A stretch of DNA of 64,000 nt, from positions 130,572,001 to 130,636,000 of the forward strand of contig NC_091980.1 in NCBI RefSeq assembly GCF_044704955.1. The letters are read 5' to 3'. The DNA is from Pristiophorus japonicus. Taxonomy: Eukaryota. Each line of letters opens with the position of its first letter. Within the stretch, counting starts at the first letter, position 1. Positions 63,338 to 64,000 of the stretch are shown here, piece by piece. The notes beneath the pieces were generated by a model. The model saw nothing but the letters and a program-made list of their open reading frames with translations. It made no database searches and had not been told where the DNA came from. The translations under genes and the position numbers were made by a program.

Positions 63338-64000
63338 TGTAGGGGAGGATGAAAACCCCCTCATTTTACCCAGAAGGAAAAGGGCTGTGGGATCAGTCTG
63401 TGCTGTGAATTGAAACCGATGGAAGGAAAACTTTGGGACACAAATGGAGACCCCCCCAGTGTTTGGACTCAAAGGAAAGGGAATTTAATTTGGAACTATC
63501 TACCAAAAAGTTTGAAATCCTCAAGTGCACATGGAAGAAACTATGAACTTTAATCGAATTTGGGATTTTTTAAAAGGTCTGCAAGAAAAGGGGTGGAGTC
63601 AATATCAAAAGGGCCAGTTTGGACATTGGAACTAATCAAATTGTCTGGGAACTGTATACCCTCGAAACTTGCCCCTTGAAAACATTAGCATTTAAACAAT
63701 GCCACATACATATTCCAACACCTTTTTCATCAGGCATAGAAATATCTGGCTCAGGCCAGACTAGCACAATGGCTACAGGAGGCCAATGCAATCAACACCC
63801 ACTCAAACCTTGAGTAGGTTAAGATCAGTGGGGAAAAAAAACCTAAAAACCTCAAACTGCTGCATTTTTCAAAATCAAAAGTCCACCAATGAGAAGAATC
63901 GACTTCAGCAGGAGAGGCAGACTGGATAATCTGGCTATAAACAAGGGGTTTCTGACGTAGTGAAAAAAGAAATGATGATTTTCCCTGCCCTCATGATTCA
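63338..64000. mobile_element. Solo LTR in A3 intron 3 (truncated by the window end)
   Basis: Same site and sequence as 7556-8867 (CATT|TGTAGGGG...). Confidence 0.8.

Larger units (their letters stand above)
58193..64000 (+). repeat. Tandem segmental duplication unit 3 (partial)
   Basis: Near-identical to unit 1 from about position 310 onward, minus the CR1 and 136-bp insertions. Confidence 0.95.

Overview
Repeat-rich vertebrate genomic DNA, most likely a shark or other cartilaginous fish (inferred from the CR1/RTE/L2/Gypsy repertoire and the 33-bp minisatellite; not proven). The window is part of a head-to-tail tandem array of 4-exon ferritin heavy/middle-type genes, all on the + strand, in alternating order: A1 (3030-9188), B1 (16967-25752), A2 (30773-33350), B2 (41072-56101) and A3 (61078 onward, exon 4 beyond the window). 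The repeating unit is an A+B pair of about 28-30 kb (units start near 1, 27820 and 58193). All visible exons are intact with GT-AG introns and keep the ferroxidase ligands. Each gene has a TATA/multi-CCAAT promoter about 75-85 nt before the ATG and no recognisable iron-responsive element. Copies differ by dated TE insertions: a young CR1, a solo LTR, a Gypsy nested in an older LTR, and a pol-less LTR element with a decayed fusion-protein-like env. Comparing paralogues also shows a recombination breakpoint, apparent exon homogenisation, one CTCF-like site per unit and at least six 19-32 bp microinversions. Most short ORFs in the supplied track are antisense shadows of exons or TE remnants. Residue numbers use human H-chain numbering.
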